A program made the position numbers and the translations under genes. From Candidatus Vogelbacteria bacterium (GTDB lineage Bacteria > Patescibacteriota > Minisyncoccia > Phycocordibacterales > UBA12445), in contig JACQCV010000032.1 in NCBI GenBank assembly GCA_016201465.1, positions 1-44,231 of the forward strand: a stretch of DNA of 44,231 nt. The letters are read 5' to 3'. Below, piece by piece: positions 8,886 to 19,078 of the stretch; the stretch's first letter is position 1, and every line of letters starts with the position of its first letter. Under the pieces are notes generated by a model that was not told where the DNA came from, did no database searches, and saw nothing but the letters and a program-made list of their open reading frames with translations.

Positions 8886-11347
8886 TACTGAACAATTTCT
8901 CTAACTGGCGGCTTACTCCGTTTGGCTGGATCACTAGGCTCACTCTTAGGAGCGACTATATTTTCAAGGGCCCCTCTACCGGCGCTTAAATTACCCAAAA
9001 TAGTTTTAACCTCGGTATTTGTAGGATTAAGATTTGCAATATCCTTAAACTGGCTAATCGCCTCATTTATTTTACCTAGCTTACTGTAACTTAATCCAAG
9101 GAAATATTTGGCATTTGAATAGTTTGGCTGTAAGATAACCGCCTGCGAAAGCGCTCCAACAGCCCCTGAGTAATCTTTGTTAAGATACCTCAAAAATCCC
9201 AACTGAAACAGAATACCCATATCTTGTGGTGAGAAAACAAGGGCTTGTTCCACACTCTTTATGGCACCCGTAATGCTACCTTGATTAGCTTCAATTTGAG
9301 ATAACAGGAACAACGCATCTGTAAAATTACCCTTCTTCTGAAGCGCTAGATCAATATCAACCTTTGCCTTTCCAATATCTCCTTTTGCAACTTCAAGCTG
9401 GGCCAAACCCAAATAAATATTCGGATTTTCCGGCGTTATAGACAGGGCTTTGTTGTATGAATTTAGTGCAAGATCGTAAGAACCAGCGACTACACCCTTA
9501 AGGGGAACAACAGTCTGACCGACCCTGGCAAGAGTTATCCAATTAAGATAATTATTCGGATCAATTTCTGTGGCTCTTCTCGCATTACCCGCAGACGCAC
9601 TGAGAACAGCTTGCAATTTGGACAAGAGGGTCTCCTTTGTGAGCGTCGACTGGCCAGAAAGCAAATTTTTAAGTTCTAAAACATACAAGTCGGCTAAAGA
9701 TCTGTAATAAAGATCCTGTTCATCGAGACTAATCGCCGCCTTAATTCTCCGTTCAGCTGAAATAGCATCACCCAAAATATTTGCACTATAAAGACCCTTC
9801 TGGAAATTATAAACTGCCAAAAACTTTCGACCAAGCAAGTACCCGCAAGAAACAGTTGAAATAATCAAAATCACAAGAACTAATACTGAGATAAATCCCA
9901 ATCTTGGATTATTAAAGAATTGAAACTCGTAATTTCTTATATATTCAACCCTAGACAAGGAAGCAATAAATATACCTGTGAAAATAAAAGTCAACACCAA
10001 AATCACAGTATCAGTTACGTAAAAGACCGAGAAGGACCAAAGATAAAGAGCTGCCACAAAGGATGAAAAGACAAGTAATTGATCAAATATATTTTCCGCG
10101 GGTCTTAAAATCGATTTAAGACCAAGATAAATCAAAGACAGTAGGAATATACTAAAACTCAAAACACCAAACAAACCGAGAGTCACCGCCAGTGAAGGTA
10201 TCCTCCCAAATCCAACATTAAAATCAGTGTTCCAAAAAGCCGTACCATTAACCGCCTGTGGCTTCAATGCTGCCCATTGTTCAGAAAAGGTGTTTGGACC
10301 GCTACCAAAAAACAAGTCTTTTTTCATAGATCTTCTAGCGACGTCTATGGTTGACTGCCACGATGGTCGTACCTCTAATTGGAAAATGCCATAACTACCC
10401 AAGAACGACCCAACTCCATTTGTTGAAAAAAATAAAATTAGGCACAGCACAAAAACAACGAATGATGGCCTATAGACAATTTTTTTAATCCATCCCACTC
10501 GAGACTGTTCATTGTCATCGTCATCCGCCAATTCAATAGGCTGTAAGAGGCCGCCATATGCAAGTGAGTAAATAAAAATAATTAGTGTAAAGATACCAAT
10601 AATGGCCCAGATTAAATCGTAATTCACAAGAGCCACGATTATTAGAGATACAATCAGAAATAGGTGCATTAATCGCTTCTTGCCACTAGCTAAGTTTGGA
10701 ATAAATTCTAAAATAAGCAGTGACAATATTGTGGAAAGACCAAAAAGAACCCCGAGATCATTCAATTTTCCAATAAAATTAGTCAGGGTACCTCCAAGAA
10801 AAACAATGCCTGGATGTATAACTTGGACTAGTTGCAATGCACCAATGACGGCAAGCGATAATAAAAGACCAAAAATGTAACCCGCCAACCTCTTTTTCGA
10901 TTCAAAAAACGTCGAGGCTAAAAATAAACTCAAAAACAACAAGGTAATTGAAATGAAAGTGTCGTTCTCAAAACCTAAACCAAATAATGATTGCCCAACA
11001 GAAGAGGATAGCAGGGAAGAAATCAAAAAAGAAGCTAGGACAGATAGACTAGTCCAAAAAACTAAACCACCAGGAAATTCTAAACGTCCATCCTCAAGTC
11101 TTGTGATAAGCCATAAAAAGAAAGATAACAATATTCCGCCAGAAAACAAAAGTTTTTTGGCAAATTCGATTTGAATTCCGGAAACCAATGGAGGTACAAT
11201 TAACGGAATTAGAATTATGGTTAAGAAAAAAACAAAATATGACAGCTTGCCAACAAAAGGCAACTTTCTAAAAAAACCAGTGCGTGGAGCACCCTCAACC
11301 TCAACATTTTCATCATCGACAATAATATCGACTTCAAGTTCTTGCAT
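8885..11347 (-). CDS. Polytopic membrane protein (O-antigen ligase-like) with C-terminal TPR repeats
   Basis: ~12 TM segments, FFGSGPNTF loop, TPR-like repeats; 1-nt overlap with murJ start. Confidence 0.8.
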   Translation of the reverse strand: MQELEVDIIVDDENVEVEGAPRTGFFRKLPFVGKLSYFVFFLTIILIPLIVPPLVSGIQIEFAKKLLFSGGILLSFFLWLITRLEDGRLEFPGGLVFWTSLSVLASFLISSLLSSSVGQSLFGLGFENDTFISITLLFLSLFLASTFFESKKRLAGYIFGLLLSLAVIGALQLVQVIHPGIVFLGGTLTNFIGKLNDLGVLFGLSTILSLLILEFIPNLASGKKRLMHLFLIVSLIIVALVNYDLIWAIIGIFTLIIFIYSLAYGGLLQPIELADDDDNEQSRVGWIKKIVYRPSFVVFVLCLILFFSTNGVGSFLGSYGIFQLEVRPSWQSTIDVARRSMKKDLFFGSGPNTFSEQWAALKPQAVNGTAFWNTDFNVGFGRIPSLAVTLGLFGVLSFSIFLLSLIYLGLKSILRPAENIFDQLLVFSSFVAALYLWSFSVFYVTDTVILVLTFIFTGIFIASLSRVEYIRNYEFQFFNNPRLGFISVLVLVILIISTVSCGYLLGRKFLAVYNFQKGLYSANILGDAISAERRIKAAISLDEQDLYYRSLADLYVLELKNLLSGQSTLTKETLLSKLQAVLSASAGNARRATEIDPNNYLNWITLARVGQTVVPLKGVVAGSYDLALNSYNKALSITPENPNIYLGLAQLEVAKGDIGKAKVDIDLALQKKGNFTDALFLLSQIEANQGSITGAIKSVEQALVFSPQDMGILFQLGFLRYLNKDYSGAVGALSQAVILQPNYSNAKYFLGLSYSKLGKINEAISQFKDIANLNPTNTEVKTILGNLSAGRGALENIVAPKSEPSDPAKRSKPPVREIVQ

Positions 11348-11469
11348 TTTTTTTTGGTTAAAATTGTTAAGAATTGCTTATAAAAATTCATTATTATTAC
11401 ATTCAATTTTACATCCAGCACATAATTTAATCAACAATAACTAATCCACTTATGTGTTAATATATATGC

Positions 11470-12195
11470 ATGCATGAGAAATTCGTTCATTCGGAAAAAA
11501 TACATAAGACCAAACATGGGTTATTTATCGGTGATTTTGTCTATGGCGCCAACGATGGAATTGTCACAACATTTGCTGTAATCTCTGGCGCGATCGGAGC
11601 ATCTTTGACTCGCGAACCAATTATAATTCTAGGCCTTGCGTCCTTAATTGCAGATGGAATCTCGATGGGACTTTCAAACTACTTGGCCATAAACTCTAGA
11701 TTAGATTACCAAAAACAAGAAAGACTACGGGAAGTTTTCGAAGTTGAAAGATTTCCAGACAAAGAACGTCAAGAGGTTCGAGAGATTTTGCAAAATTGGG
11801 GTGTACCAGAAAATAAACTTGAGGAATTCGTAAACATACTAACCAAAGATAAAGACCAATGGGTAAACTTAATGATGCGTGAGGAGCTAGGAATATTTGA
11901 GGACAAGATTGAATCCCCCACGAAACACGGTATCACGACTTCATTATCTTTCTTCCTGTCTGGCTCACTCCCCCTGCTTCCATATCTTCTCGGACTTAGA
12001 ACGTGGTCTCCATTTCTAATCTCAGTCACCGCCACTGCCGTCTCGCTCTTTGTTGTGGGTGCACTAAGAACATTTATAACAGGAACAAATTGGATCAAAT
12101 CGGGACTTCAAATGCTCACAATTGGTGGCTTAGCGGCCTTTGCCGCATATTTTGTAGGTGGAATAGTTAAAAATTTATTTGGTCTAAGTATATGA
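11470..12195 (+). CDS. VIT1/CCC1 family Fe/Mn transporter
   Basis: DFVYGANDGIVTTFA, ADGISMGLSNYL, MMREELG motifs. Confidence 0.93.
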   Translation: MHEKFVHSEKIHKTKHGLFIGDFVYGANDGIVTTFAVISGAIGASLTREPIIILGLASLIADGISMGLSNYLAINSRLDYQKQERLREVFEVERFPDKERQEVREILQNWGVPENKLEEFVNILTKDKDQWVNLMMREELGIFEDKIESPTKHGITTSLSFFLSGSLPLLPYLLGLRTWSPFLISVTATAVSLFVVGALRTFITGTNWIKSGLQMLTIGGLAAFAAYFVGGIVKNLFGLSI

Positions 12196-13988
12196 AAAAA
12201 CGAAGCAGTAATCCAATCCTCCATATGTTCCAGGTTGTCTGGTATTACGCGAACGACCGCCGCGGCAAGATGATACAGTTCTGCTCCATGACAGTAATCG
12301 CAAACGGCATTGGTCTTTTTAACACGGTTGTGACAGGTTGGATTTTTAACGACGTTCAATCTTCTGTTAAAGCTTCTGTTAAAGATCCTGCCCTTTTTCC
12401 TAAGATTGCTGAACTCATGCTTTTGGTAATTTTCCTAGATTTTCTTTTTTGGGCATTTCACGGCCCCTCAAGATTAATTGAACGAAAAAATGCCTTTTTG
12501 GTTAGACACAATTTCCGAAGAGATCTACTGAGTAAGGTTATCGATCTTCCGATTGAATGGCATAAAAATCACCACTCTGGACACACAATTGATAAGGTCA
12601 ATCAGGCCGCTGATGATCTACACGATTTTGCTGGATCAATTTTCCAAATAGTTGAAAACAGCGTAAGACTCTTTGGGGCAACAATAATTTTACTTTTCTT
12701 CGACTATCGAGCAAGTATAATCGCACTCTCAGTAACAATTCTAGCGATTATAATGATGACTGAATTCGATGTTAAATTAAGACGCATGATGTTAGAAAGA
12801 AATAAGTTTAAAAATCATATGGCCGCGGCAATACAGGATTATATTACAAACATCTATACAATTATAACGCTGAAGCTAAAGTCTCGGGTAATGCGTGAAG
12901 TTGAAGATCGTTCCTGGGCATTTAACGACATAAATACCAAAATCAACCGGGTAAGCGAAATAAAATGGTTCTCAGTTAGTATGATGATTTCTGTAATGGT
13001 TGCCGGCATAATTATTTTAAACACCCAAGAGTCTATAGCGGCGACCGGAACAGTGGCACTTGGTACTTTATTCATCCTTTACCGCTACCTAAATGGCGTG
13101 GGAGAAACTTTTTATAACTTTGCATGGAGATATGGAGAAATCTTAAGGGAACATGCGTCTATTTTATCAACACAAGCGATCATCGATGAACACAACAAAC
13201 TTTCCCCGGCAAAAAAAGCAAGCTTACCAATTCGTTGGAAATATTTAGAAATCAAAAATGTAAACTTTACATACAGCAGAGAGGAGGATGGCGAAACAAT
13301 AACGACCCACATTAACGACGTTAACCTCAGACTATCGAGGTACGGCCGTATTGCCTTCATTGGCGAAAGCGGGTCCGGCAAAAGTACAATGATGTCTCTA
13401 ATTCGCGGATTACACTTTACTGAAAGTGTTGAGTTGTTTGCAGACGGAAAACAGCTTCCAAAGGGTTTATCACACCTATACAATCACGTTACCCTTATTC
13501 CTCAAGATCCTGAGGTATTCAATAGTTCAGTCCACGACAATATCACAATGGATACACAAGTGGGCGGTCACAACCTAAAAAAAGTAATCAAGATGTCCCA
13601 ATTCGAAACTGTTTTAAAACGTTTACCTTTTGGTCTTGATACAAACGTGATGGAGAAGGGTGTCTCATTATCTGGCGGCGAAAAGCAGAGACTTGCGCTT
13701 GCAAGAGGACTCTTGGCCGCACACGACAGCGACTTCCTGCTATTAGATGAACCAACTTCTAGTGTAGATTCGACAAATGAGATGAAAATTTATGAAAATA
13801 TAATTTCAAATTTCAAAAAGAAAACAATTATAGCAACCATCCATCGACTTCACCTTCTACAATATTTTGATTACATCTATATGTTCGACAAAGGCAGGGT
13901 GATAGCTGAGGGCACACTGGATCAAATGATTAATAATCCACAATTTAAAGATATTTGGGATAGATATAATACCACTACAGTAAGATAA
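12192..13988 (+). CDS. ABC exporter half-transporter (TMD + NBD)
   Basis: GESGSGKST, LSGGEKQR, LLLDEPTS, IHRL; ATGA overlap with VIT gene. Confidence 0.95.
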   Translation: MKKRSSNPILHMFQVVWYYANDRRGKMIQFCSMTVIANGIGLFNTVVTGWIFNDVQSSVKASVKDPALFPKIAELMLLVIFLDFLFWAFHGPSRLIERKNAFLVRHNFRRDLLSKVIDLPIEWHKNHHSGHTIDKVNQAADDLHDFAGSIFQIVENSVRLFGATIILLFFDYRASIIALSVTILAIIMMTEFDVKLRRMMLERNKFKNHMAAAIQDYITNIYTIITLKLKSRVMREVEDRSWAFNDINTKINRVSEIKWFSVSMMISVMVAGIIILNTQESIAATGTVALGTLFILYRYLNGVGETFYNFAWRYGEILREHASILSTQAIIDEHNKLSPAKKASLPIRWKYLEIKNVNFTYSREEDGETITTHINDVNLRLSRYGRIAFIGESGSGKSTMMSLIRGLHFTESVELFADGKQLPKGLSHLYNHVTLIPQDPEVFNSSVHDNITMDTQVGGHNLKKVIKMSQFETVLKRLPFGLDTNVMEKGVSLSGGEKQRLALARGLLAAHDSDFLLLDEPTSSVDSTNEMKIYENIISNFKKKTIIATIHRLHLLQYFDYIYMFDKGRVIAEGTLDQMINNPQFKDIWDRYNTTTVR

Positions 13989-14020
13989 AAAACCCAGAGC
14001 CAACCTCTGGGGACAAAAAA
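13988..14020. terminator. Terminator between convergent genes
   Basis: CCCAGAG-CCAAC-CTCTGGG stem flanked by A tracts. Confidence 0.6.
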
Positions 14021-14021
14021 C

Positions 14022-14237
14022 CTAAACAATTATTATATTGTGTTTTTTTAAGACCTCCTCTCTGGTTTTAGCGGTATATTCATGAATATTATAATACTGC
14101 TTATGACCACGCCCGGTGTAAAGCTCGGCCATTGCTTCTGCTAACTCTTTTGTTATTCCGTCTTTCATCAAAAAAGTATTACCTGCCGCATCTGTGCGCG
14201 TTACCATCCACAACTTTCCGAATTCACCTTTATTCAC
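14022..14237 (-). CDS. Small conserved-type protein (WxVxRxDxxGNxF...RGHKQxY family)
   Basis: SD GGAGGTGA before GTG; motif resembles small actinobacterial proteins annotated SPOR-domain-containing (from memory). Confidence 0.7.
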   Translation of the reverse strand: MNKGEFGKLWMVTRTDAAGNTFLMKDGITKELAEAMAELYTGRGHKQYYNIHEYTAKTREEVLKKHNIIIV

Positions 14238-14320
14238 TTAATCACCTCCACACAATTGATAGCATAAAAAATAAATTAAAAAAACCGCCTTAGCCAATCG
14301 GTAAGACGGTAGAAATCCAT

Positions 14321-14728
14321 TTATAGTCCCTTAGATACTCTTCTATTTGTCACAACGCGCATCCCCGATGCACCAGCAATCTTCATTAGGAATTCAAGCA
14401 TATCCAAAAATCCATCTGGCACAACGCTATCTAGTAAAATATTGCCACTCAAGTACCCAACTCTAGTACCATTGTAGATTTTGTCAGTACCAATATCTAG
14501 CGTTTGAATACGATCACACTCAACAAGCTCTCCATTCATAACGTCATCCACAAAATTAGCTGGCGGCAACCAATGGTGATCACCAACATAATGCAAAATC
14601 ATATCTGGCATCACCCATTTGTGGGCATTCTCAAAGGTCAAGTTAACATCACCGGAGGAAATTTTGGAGTACTTATTTCTACCCATATCAAATCCAGTGG
14701 CACAGAATGAACATAAATGAAAGCCCAT
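14321..14728 (-). CDS. His/Cys-motif protein (HxCxxC...PxMIxHY...HxxxPP family), circularly permuted
   Basis: SD GGAGGT precedes ATG 14728 (MGFHLCSFC); homologous to 29668..30024. Confidence 0.8.
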   Translation of the reverse strand: MGFHLCSFCATGFDMGRNKYSKISSGDVNLTFENAHKWVMPDMILHYVGDHHWLPPANFVDDVMNGELVECDRIQTLDIGTDKIYNGTRVGYLSGNILLDSVVPDGFLDMLEFLMKIAGASGMRVVTNRRVSKGL

Positions 14729-14902
14729 TTCTAACCTCCAAAGTCGTAAACTTCGGCATTTCGGCATTGATAAACCACCGTAACAATACCACATATCACT
14801 CCATACTGTCCACTAATAGTATTTATTGTCTGCGAACAGAAGCCTGGGCCAATGCCTTCAGTTTCGGTCTTTTTTAAATTACTACCTCTATTAGGTAATT
14901 AA

Positions 14903-15343
14903 CTACTCCGTTATTTTCACAGTACCGACCATTGTAGGATGTATGCTGCATTTATATTTGAAGGTGCCAATTGTATTAAATTTATGAGAGTATACATCAC
15001 CTGGAATAAGCGTTCCGCTCGAGAGCTCAGTTCCACCAACAGATGTCACAGAATGACTTTGACTGTCTTCATTTCTCCAAATAATCATTGTTCCTTTTTT
15101 TGCTGAGATATTATTCGGACTGAAGTTAGATCCCCTGATCGAAACCACTATCGGTGACAACTTTGATCCAGACTGAACTGTCGTTGGCTCAGGATTAGGG
15201 GTAATAGCAGTAGATTGAGACTCAGGCGTAGCGACCGGGTTGGTTAAAATACCAAGTTGATTACTGCCAGATCTAACCAAAAAGAAGACAACTAAGACCA
15301 CTACCAAAATAGCGACCACCATTAAAACTTTTTTATCTTTCAT
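14903..15343 (-). CDS. Membrane-anchored cupredoxin (plastocyanin/amicyanin-like)
   Basis: N-terminal TM, P/T linker, type-1 Cu ligands HSVT...YKCSIHPTM. Confidence 0.9.
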   Translation of the reverse strand: MKDKKVLMVVAILVVVLVVFFLVRSGSNQLGILTNPVATPESQSTAITPNPEPTTVQSGSKLSPIVVSIRGSNFSPNNISAKKGTMIIWRNEDSQSHSVTSVGGTELSSGTLIPGDVYSHKFNTIGTFKYKCSIHPTMVGTVKITE

Positions 15344-15467
15344 AAATTTTATTATAAAACTACTAATGGGCTAATTATATCACACAGCCAAACAAGACAA
15401 GACAAATATTGTGTATAAAAAAGCCGCTTAGTGTTCCCACATAAACGGCTATCGGATCAAATTTCTT

Positions 15468-15935
15468 TCAGGGGATCCATCCTGATTTGAGCTTGGCGCG
15501 GAGCTTCATCAATCTGGAGCAGAGCTCCTGTTCAGTAAGGACAGTGTCCTGCTTCTTTTTCTTACCGATTGAATGAGTCAATACCGCGTTGCTAGTGGCG
15601 AAAAGTGCAGCCCTGAAGTTGGGGTTGGTCGCGCGAGCATCGTAAAGTCTATCAAGAAGATCCTGATACTCCTTAATGTCTCGCTTGTATGCGATACCCT
15701 TCCACCAAAGAGTCTGACGCGTTTTCCATGCTCGATTACGCGATTGACCACGGCGCTTGGCCTGAAGTCCAACCAACTTGCAGACCTCGATCTGCATGTG
15801 GAGTTTGTCGAACTTGAAGGCCTGAAGCAGTCCCTCAGCCGACGCACACCACACGCCGTCGAACCAAAATGGCTGTGGTGAGAAATTCCCAACCTTATCA
15901 CCCGGAAAACCTTGTCCAGATGGCCCCCACCTCCT
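15468..15935 (-). CDS. Phage T4 gp30.3-like NADAR-superfamily protein; start codon unclear
   Basis: GNFSPQPFWFDGVWCASAEGLLQAFKF...TLWWKG...NPNFRAAL..T....LTHSIGK....TVLTEQE; frame open to 15935 without canonical start before GTG 15854. Confidence 0.75.
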   Translation of the reverse strand, partial: RRWGPSGQGFPGDKVGNFSPQPFWFDGVWCASAEGLLQAFKFDKLHMQIEVCKLVGLQAKRRGQSRNRAWKTRQTLWWKGIAYKRDIKEYQDLLDRLYDARATNPNFRAALFATSNAVLTHSIGKKKKQDTVLTEQELCSRLMKLRAKLKSGWIP

Positions 15936-15942
15936 TTATCCT

Positions 15943-16869
15943 TTACTGTACGTTGCAAACAATCGCAACTGGTAGATGATCACTTACTGTTCTCGCTTGC
16001 TTGAGACCACCACACTGCGGAACGAAGTCCACGATAAGTGATCTGTCCACGCGAATCCGACCCTTGGTATAGATATTGTCGTAGGCTTTCGAAAGATAAC
16101 TTCTTGCTGCGCTGCCCCTGTCTTTGGCTCGAAGCGATGTATCGCCTTCAATATTATGAATTGCGCCTAGACCCTGTTCAAACGCCCCATCGAGTTTGTC
16201 GTGACTCAAATTGAAGTCACCAACAAAAACTATGTTACCATCCGAAAAATCTTGTCGATGCTGAGGCAATTCCGAAACTTCCTTTTCCGGATGTTTCGCT
16301 GTCGGTGCCAAGTGAAAACTGACAAGCATCAACCAGATCTTTTTATCGATCTCGAATTTCACACTTGCTGGTTCTCGAACCATCGAGTTCACAAGGCCGG
16401 AACAAAGAGTCGCTTTGTGTGGAATTGCAGCGACACGCGCAGTCTTCCAAAGGAAAGCAAACCGCTCCTTGCACGGACTCTCATGCGTTGCATCGCTCAC
16501 AAGATAATCCCACTTGGCACCGGTTCGGTTAAGTTCATCCGAGAGCTTCGCGACCGCCTGGGCGCCAAAGTCTGACGTGCTGACCTCCTCGATAGCCACT
16601 ATATCGGCAGCCCGCAAGATCTGCGCCATGTGCACAATCACTTCGGGTGATTTCTTTCGTCCGAAGTTGCAAGCATTCCACGACACCACCACGATGTCGC
16701 TCGCTGGTAGATTATTCTTGGATATCTCCGACACGTACTCAGTCCCTGTATATGCCTGCAGGGTTTGAATAACTTCTATCTTGCTATTGCTCGTCTCCTC
16801 CACAGATCCACACCCAGCAACAAGCAAAAGAAGTGAACAAATCGCAACAAAAAACCTATGATTACTCAC
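15943..16869 (-). CDS. DNase I-like endonuclease/exonuclease/phosphatase lipoprotein
   Basis: Lipobox VAGC; SWN, DIVAIEEV, ERFAFLW, REP, GDFN, YDNI, SDHLPV motifs. Confidence 0.9.
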   Translation of the reverse strand: MSNHRFFVAICSLLLLVAGCGSVEETSNSKIEVIQTLQAYTGTEYVSEISKNNLPASDIVVVSWNACNFGRKKSPEVIVHMAQILRAADIVAIEEVSTSDFGAQAVAKLSDELNRTGAKWDYLVSDATHESPCKERFAFLWKTARVAAIPHKATLCSGLVNSMVREPASVKFEIDKKIWLMLVSFHLAPTAKHPEKEVSELPQHRQDFSDGNIVFVGDFNLSHDKLDGAFEQGLGAIHNIEGDTSLRAKDRGSAARSYLSKAYDNIYTKGRIRVDRSLIVDFVPQCGGLKQARTVSDHLPVAIVCNVQ

Positions 16870-16953
16870 TTTTTTCTACCTCCTCAGTTGTCAAAAAACA
16901 CTCTAGATTTTGCTGGCAGTATAATATACCTACACGCTTTTGTCAATATCTGC

Positions 16954-17838
16954 TCAATCGAATATGACCGGTAAATAATTATCTATTTCTCTTTGTGTAA
17001 GATCATAAAAGTGTTCCTGATTATCATGTAATCTTGCGGCCAATCTGACGCCCACAAAACGCCAGTGCCACGGTTCAAATTTGTAATATGAGTTTCCTTT
17101 CGGGTATGAAAGAGCAAATCCGAATTTATATGCGTTATCATTAAGCCACTTGTACGAGGGCGATTTGTCGAAGTTTACAAATGCTACTTTCAGGTCGGTC
17201 GCCATAAAGTCTACAGCCGTTCCAAGCTGATGTTCGGAATACCCTTGATCCGCAGAGAAAGAATTTGCTGTTCCCACACCGTAAGTAAATTTATATCCTG
17301 CTTTTACCGACTGCTGATCATAAAACGATCTATAAGCAGATACTACCTTCAATATTGGGCCGTCTTGTTTAGCCGCCTCAATCATATTGTGAAGAAATGG
17401 CCGCACATGAGTCTGAACGAACTCAGGTTTGCTTCTTTGAAACAAATAACTTGGGTCGATAAGAGAAAGTTCAATAGGTACATAATTTTCATTCAAAAAA
17501 TAAACTTTCGAATATTTTTTTAGTAACTCAGGATCAAGTTGTCTTAATTTATTCAACTCATCTACGGTAGATGATATCTGATTTATCTGACCTTCGAACA
17601 CCATGTTTTTTGACTGTTCAGTCTGCAAAGATTGTCCCAACACCTTCTTTTCGTTAACCAAGCTCGCCGTTGTTGAAGATGTGATACTCTGTATCCTTAC
17701 CAACTGGTCAATGAGATACATATTAAACTTCTCCAGATCCCAAAAATTATAAATGGAATAACCCACAGAGAGAACGATCGCAATCAAAAGGCCAAAGATG
17801 ATAAGGATGTTTTTCGTGTTAAATTCAGGAAAAGTCAC
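16954..17838 (-). CDS. M15B D-Ala-D-Ala carboxypeptidase (VanY-like), membrane anchored
   Basis: SAYRS, SEHQLGTAVD, EPWHWRFVG motifs. Confidence 0.93.
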   Translation of the reverse strand: MTFPEFNTKNILIIFGLLIAIVLSVGYSIYNFWDLEKFNMYLIDQLVRIQSITSSTTASLVNEKKVLGQSLQTEQSKNMVFEGQINQISSTVDELNKLRQLDPELLKKYSKVYFLNENYVPIELSLIDPSYLFQRSKPEFVQTHVRPFLHNMIEAAKQDGPILKVVSAYRSFYDQQSVKAGYKFTYGVGTANSFSADQGYSEHQLGTAVDFMATDLKVAFVNFDKSPSYKWLNDNAYKFGFALSYPKGNSYYKFEPWHWRFVGVRLAARLHDNQEHFYDLTQREIDNYLPVIFD

Positions 17839-17910
17839 GAACTTATTTTACCACACCCAGCGTTAAAAAATCCCACAGGCCGAAACCTGTGGGTGTTGAA
17901 CTGTCTTGTA

Positions 17911-18192
17911 CTAATCCTGCCGAACCCTGTCACAATCGGGACAATGATATGTCGACTGCGTATATCTGCTGTCACACATATCAAATGTATCCTCTCTTGC
18001 AATACGCTTCTCATTGCTGTGCCTACAGAACCTCCTTACATCATTCTGTAGCGCCTTATACCTCTTGAGGAGTGCAGGAAACTTCGCATCTGCAATCTCT
18101 CGCGCCTTGCATTCGTCGGCTTTTACCGGAGTAGTATATTCCTTGCCACACTCATCGCAAACAAAAACGTCAACTTTTTTCCGAGTTGCCAT
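17911..18192 (-). CDS. Small Zn-ribbon protein
   Basis: CDECG and CPDC motifs; SD AAAGGAGG before ATG 18192; terminator CCCACAGG/CCTGTGGG at 17872-17893. Confidence 0.75.
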   Translation of the reverse strand: MATRKKVDVFVCDECGKEYTTPVKADECKAREIADAKFPALLKRYKALQNDVRRFCRHSNEKRIAREDTFDMCDSRYTQSTYHCPDCDRVRQD

Positions 18193-18314
18193 AATCGCAG
18201 CCTCCTTTGTTAAAGTCCCAAACATATGGCTTCTAAGCCCAAACTAGCATTACTTTTCAAAATGTCAATGGGAAGTAAAAAGCCCGCGGTTTTTAGCCCA
18301 CGGGCAGACACAAC

Positions 18315-18593
18315 TCACTTCTTAGACTTCACCTTCAGACTCTTAATGAACTCATCCCTCTCTCGCTCGAGCCTTCGATCGCCTTCGGCGTACTTAGCAT
18401 CCTCCAGTTCATCCAAAACTTCTCTGTGTACCTGAAGCTTCACACCCTTAGATGCAAGCACCTTACAGTGTTCTGCGCAGAAACACATGATCTCGCCATC
18501 TTTGACGATTGCCACACGCTTACCATCCCTCTTGTCATACTCCTTACCACAACCAGGAAAATCACACGAAATGTCATCCCACAGAAAACTCAT
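18315..18593 (-). CDS. Small Zn-finger protein, paralog A
   Basis: CDFPGC...FCAEHC; SD AAGGAGGT before ATG 18593. Confidence 0.75.
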   Translation of the reverse strand: MSFLWDDISCDFPGCGKEYDKRDGKRVAIVKDGEIMCFCAEHCKVLASKGVKLQVHREVLDELEDAKYAEGDRRLERERDEFIKSLKVKSKK

Positions 18594-18650
18594 TACAAAC
18601 CTCCTTGCACTCAATACAAATGCTTCTGAAATATATTATATCAATAAGCC

Positions 18651-18956
18651 TTACTTCTTCAAATCCTCGATAAACTTCTTCTCGCGCGCAATTCGCTCCA
18701 CTTCTCGCCTACGTCTCTCCGGACCTTCTTTGGCCTCTGTCATCTCATTATGGATCTCTTTAAGAGTCCAGAGAACCACACCCTCAGCCGTAAGGCGCGC
18801 GCAATGCTCTGAGCAGAAGGCAACAACCTCGTCTCTTCCACACCATCCGTCTTTCCTAGTCCTTGCAACTTTTTTACTTAGCCTATCATCGAAATCCTTA
18901 TCACAACCCGGGAAATCACAACAAACAGCATCTCGTGCCATACTCTCGTAAGACAT
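18651..18956 (-). CDS. Small Zn-finger protein, paralog B
   Basis: CDFPGC...FCSEHC; SD AAAGGAGG before ATG 18956. Confidence 0.75.
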   Translation of the reverse strand: MSYESMARDAVCCDFPGCDKDFDDRLSKKVARTRKDGWCGRDEVVAFCSEHCARLTAEGVVLWTLKEIHNEMTEAKEGPERRRREVERIAREKKFIEDLKK

Positions 18957-19078
18957 TTCATCCTCCTTTTTTATCAACGACCAACCTTCTAATCTAAGTG
19001 TAGCCGGGGCAGAAAGTCATCACAATAGATTTTGTCTAAAACTTGGACAACAAAAAACCACCCGGCATGGGTGATAAA

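Noticed and set aside
15573..15958. Overlapping ORFs 15573..15881(+) and 15578..15958(-)
   Set aside because: Shadow frames of the NADAR gene with no recognisable motifs
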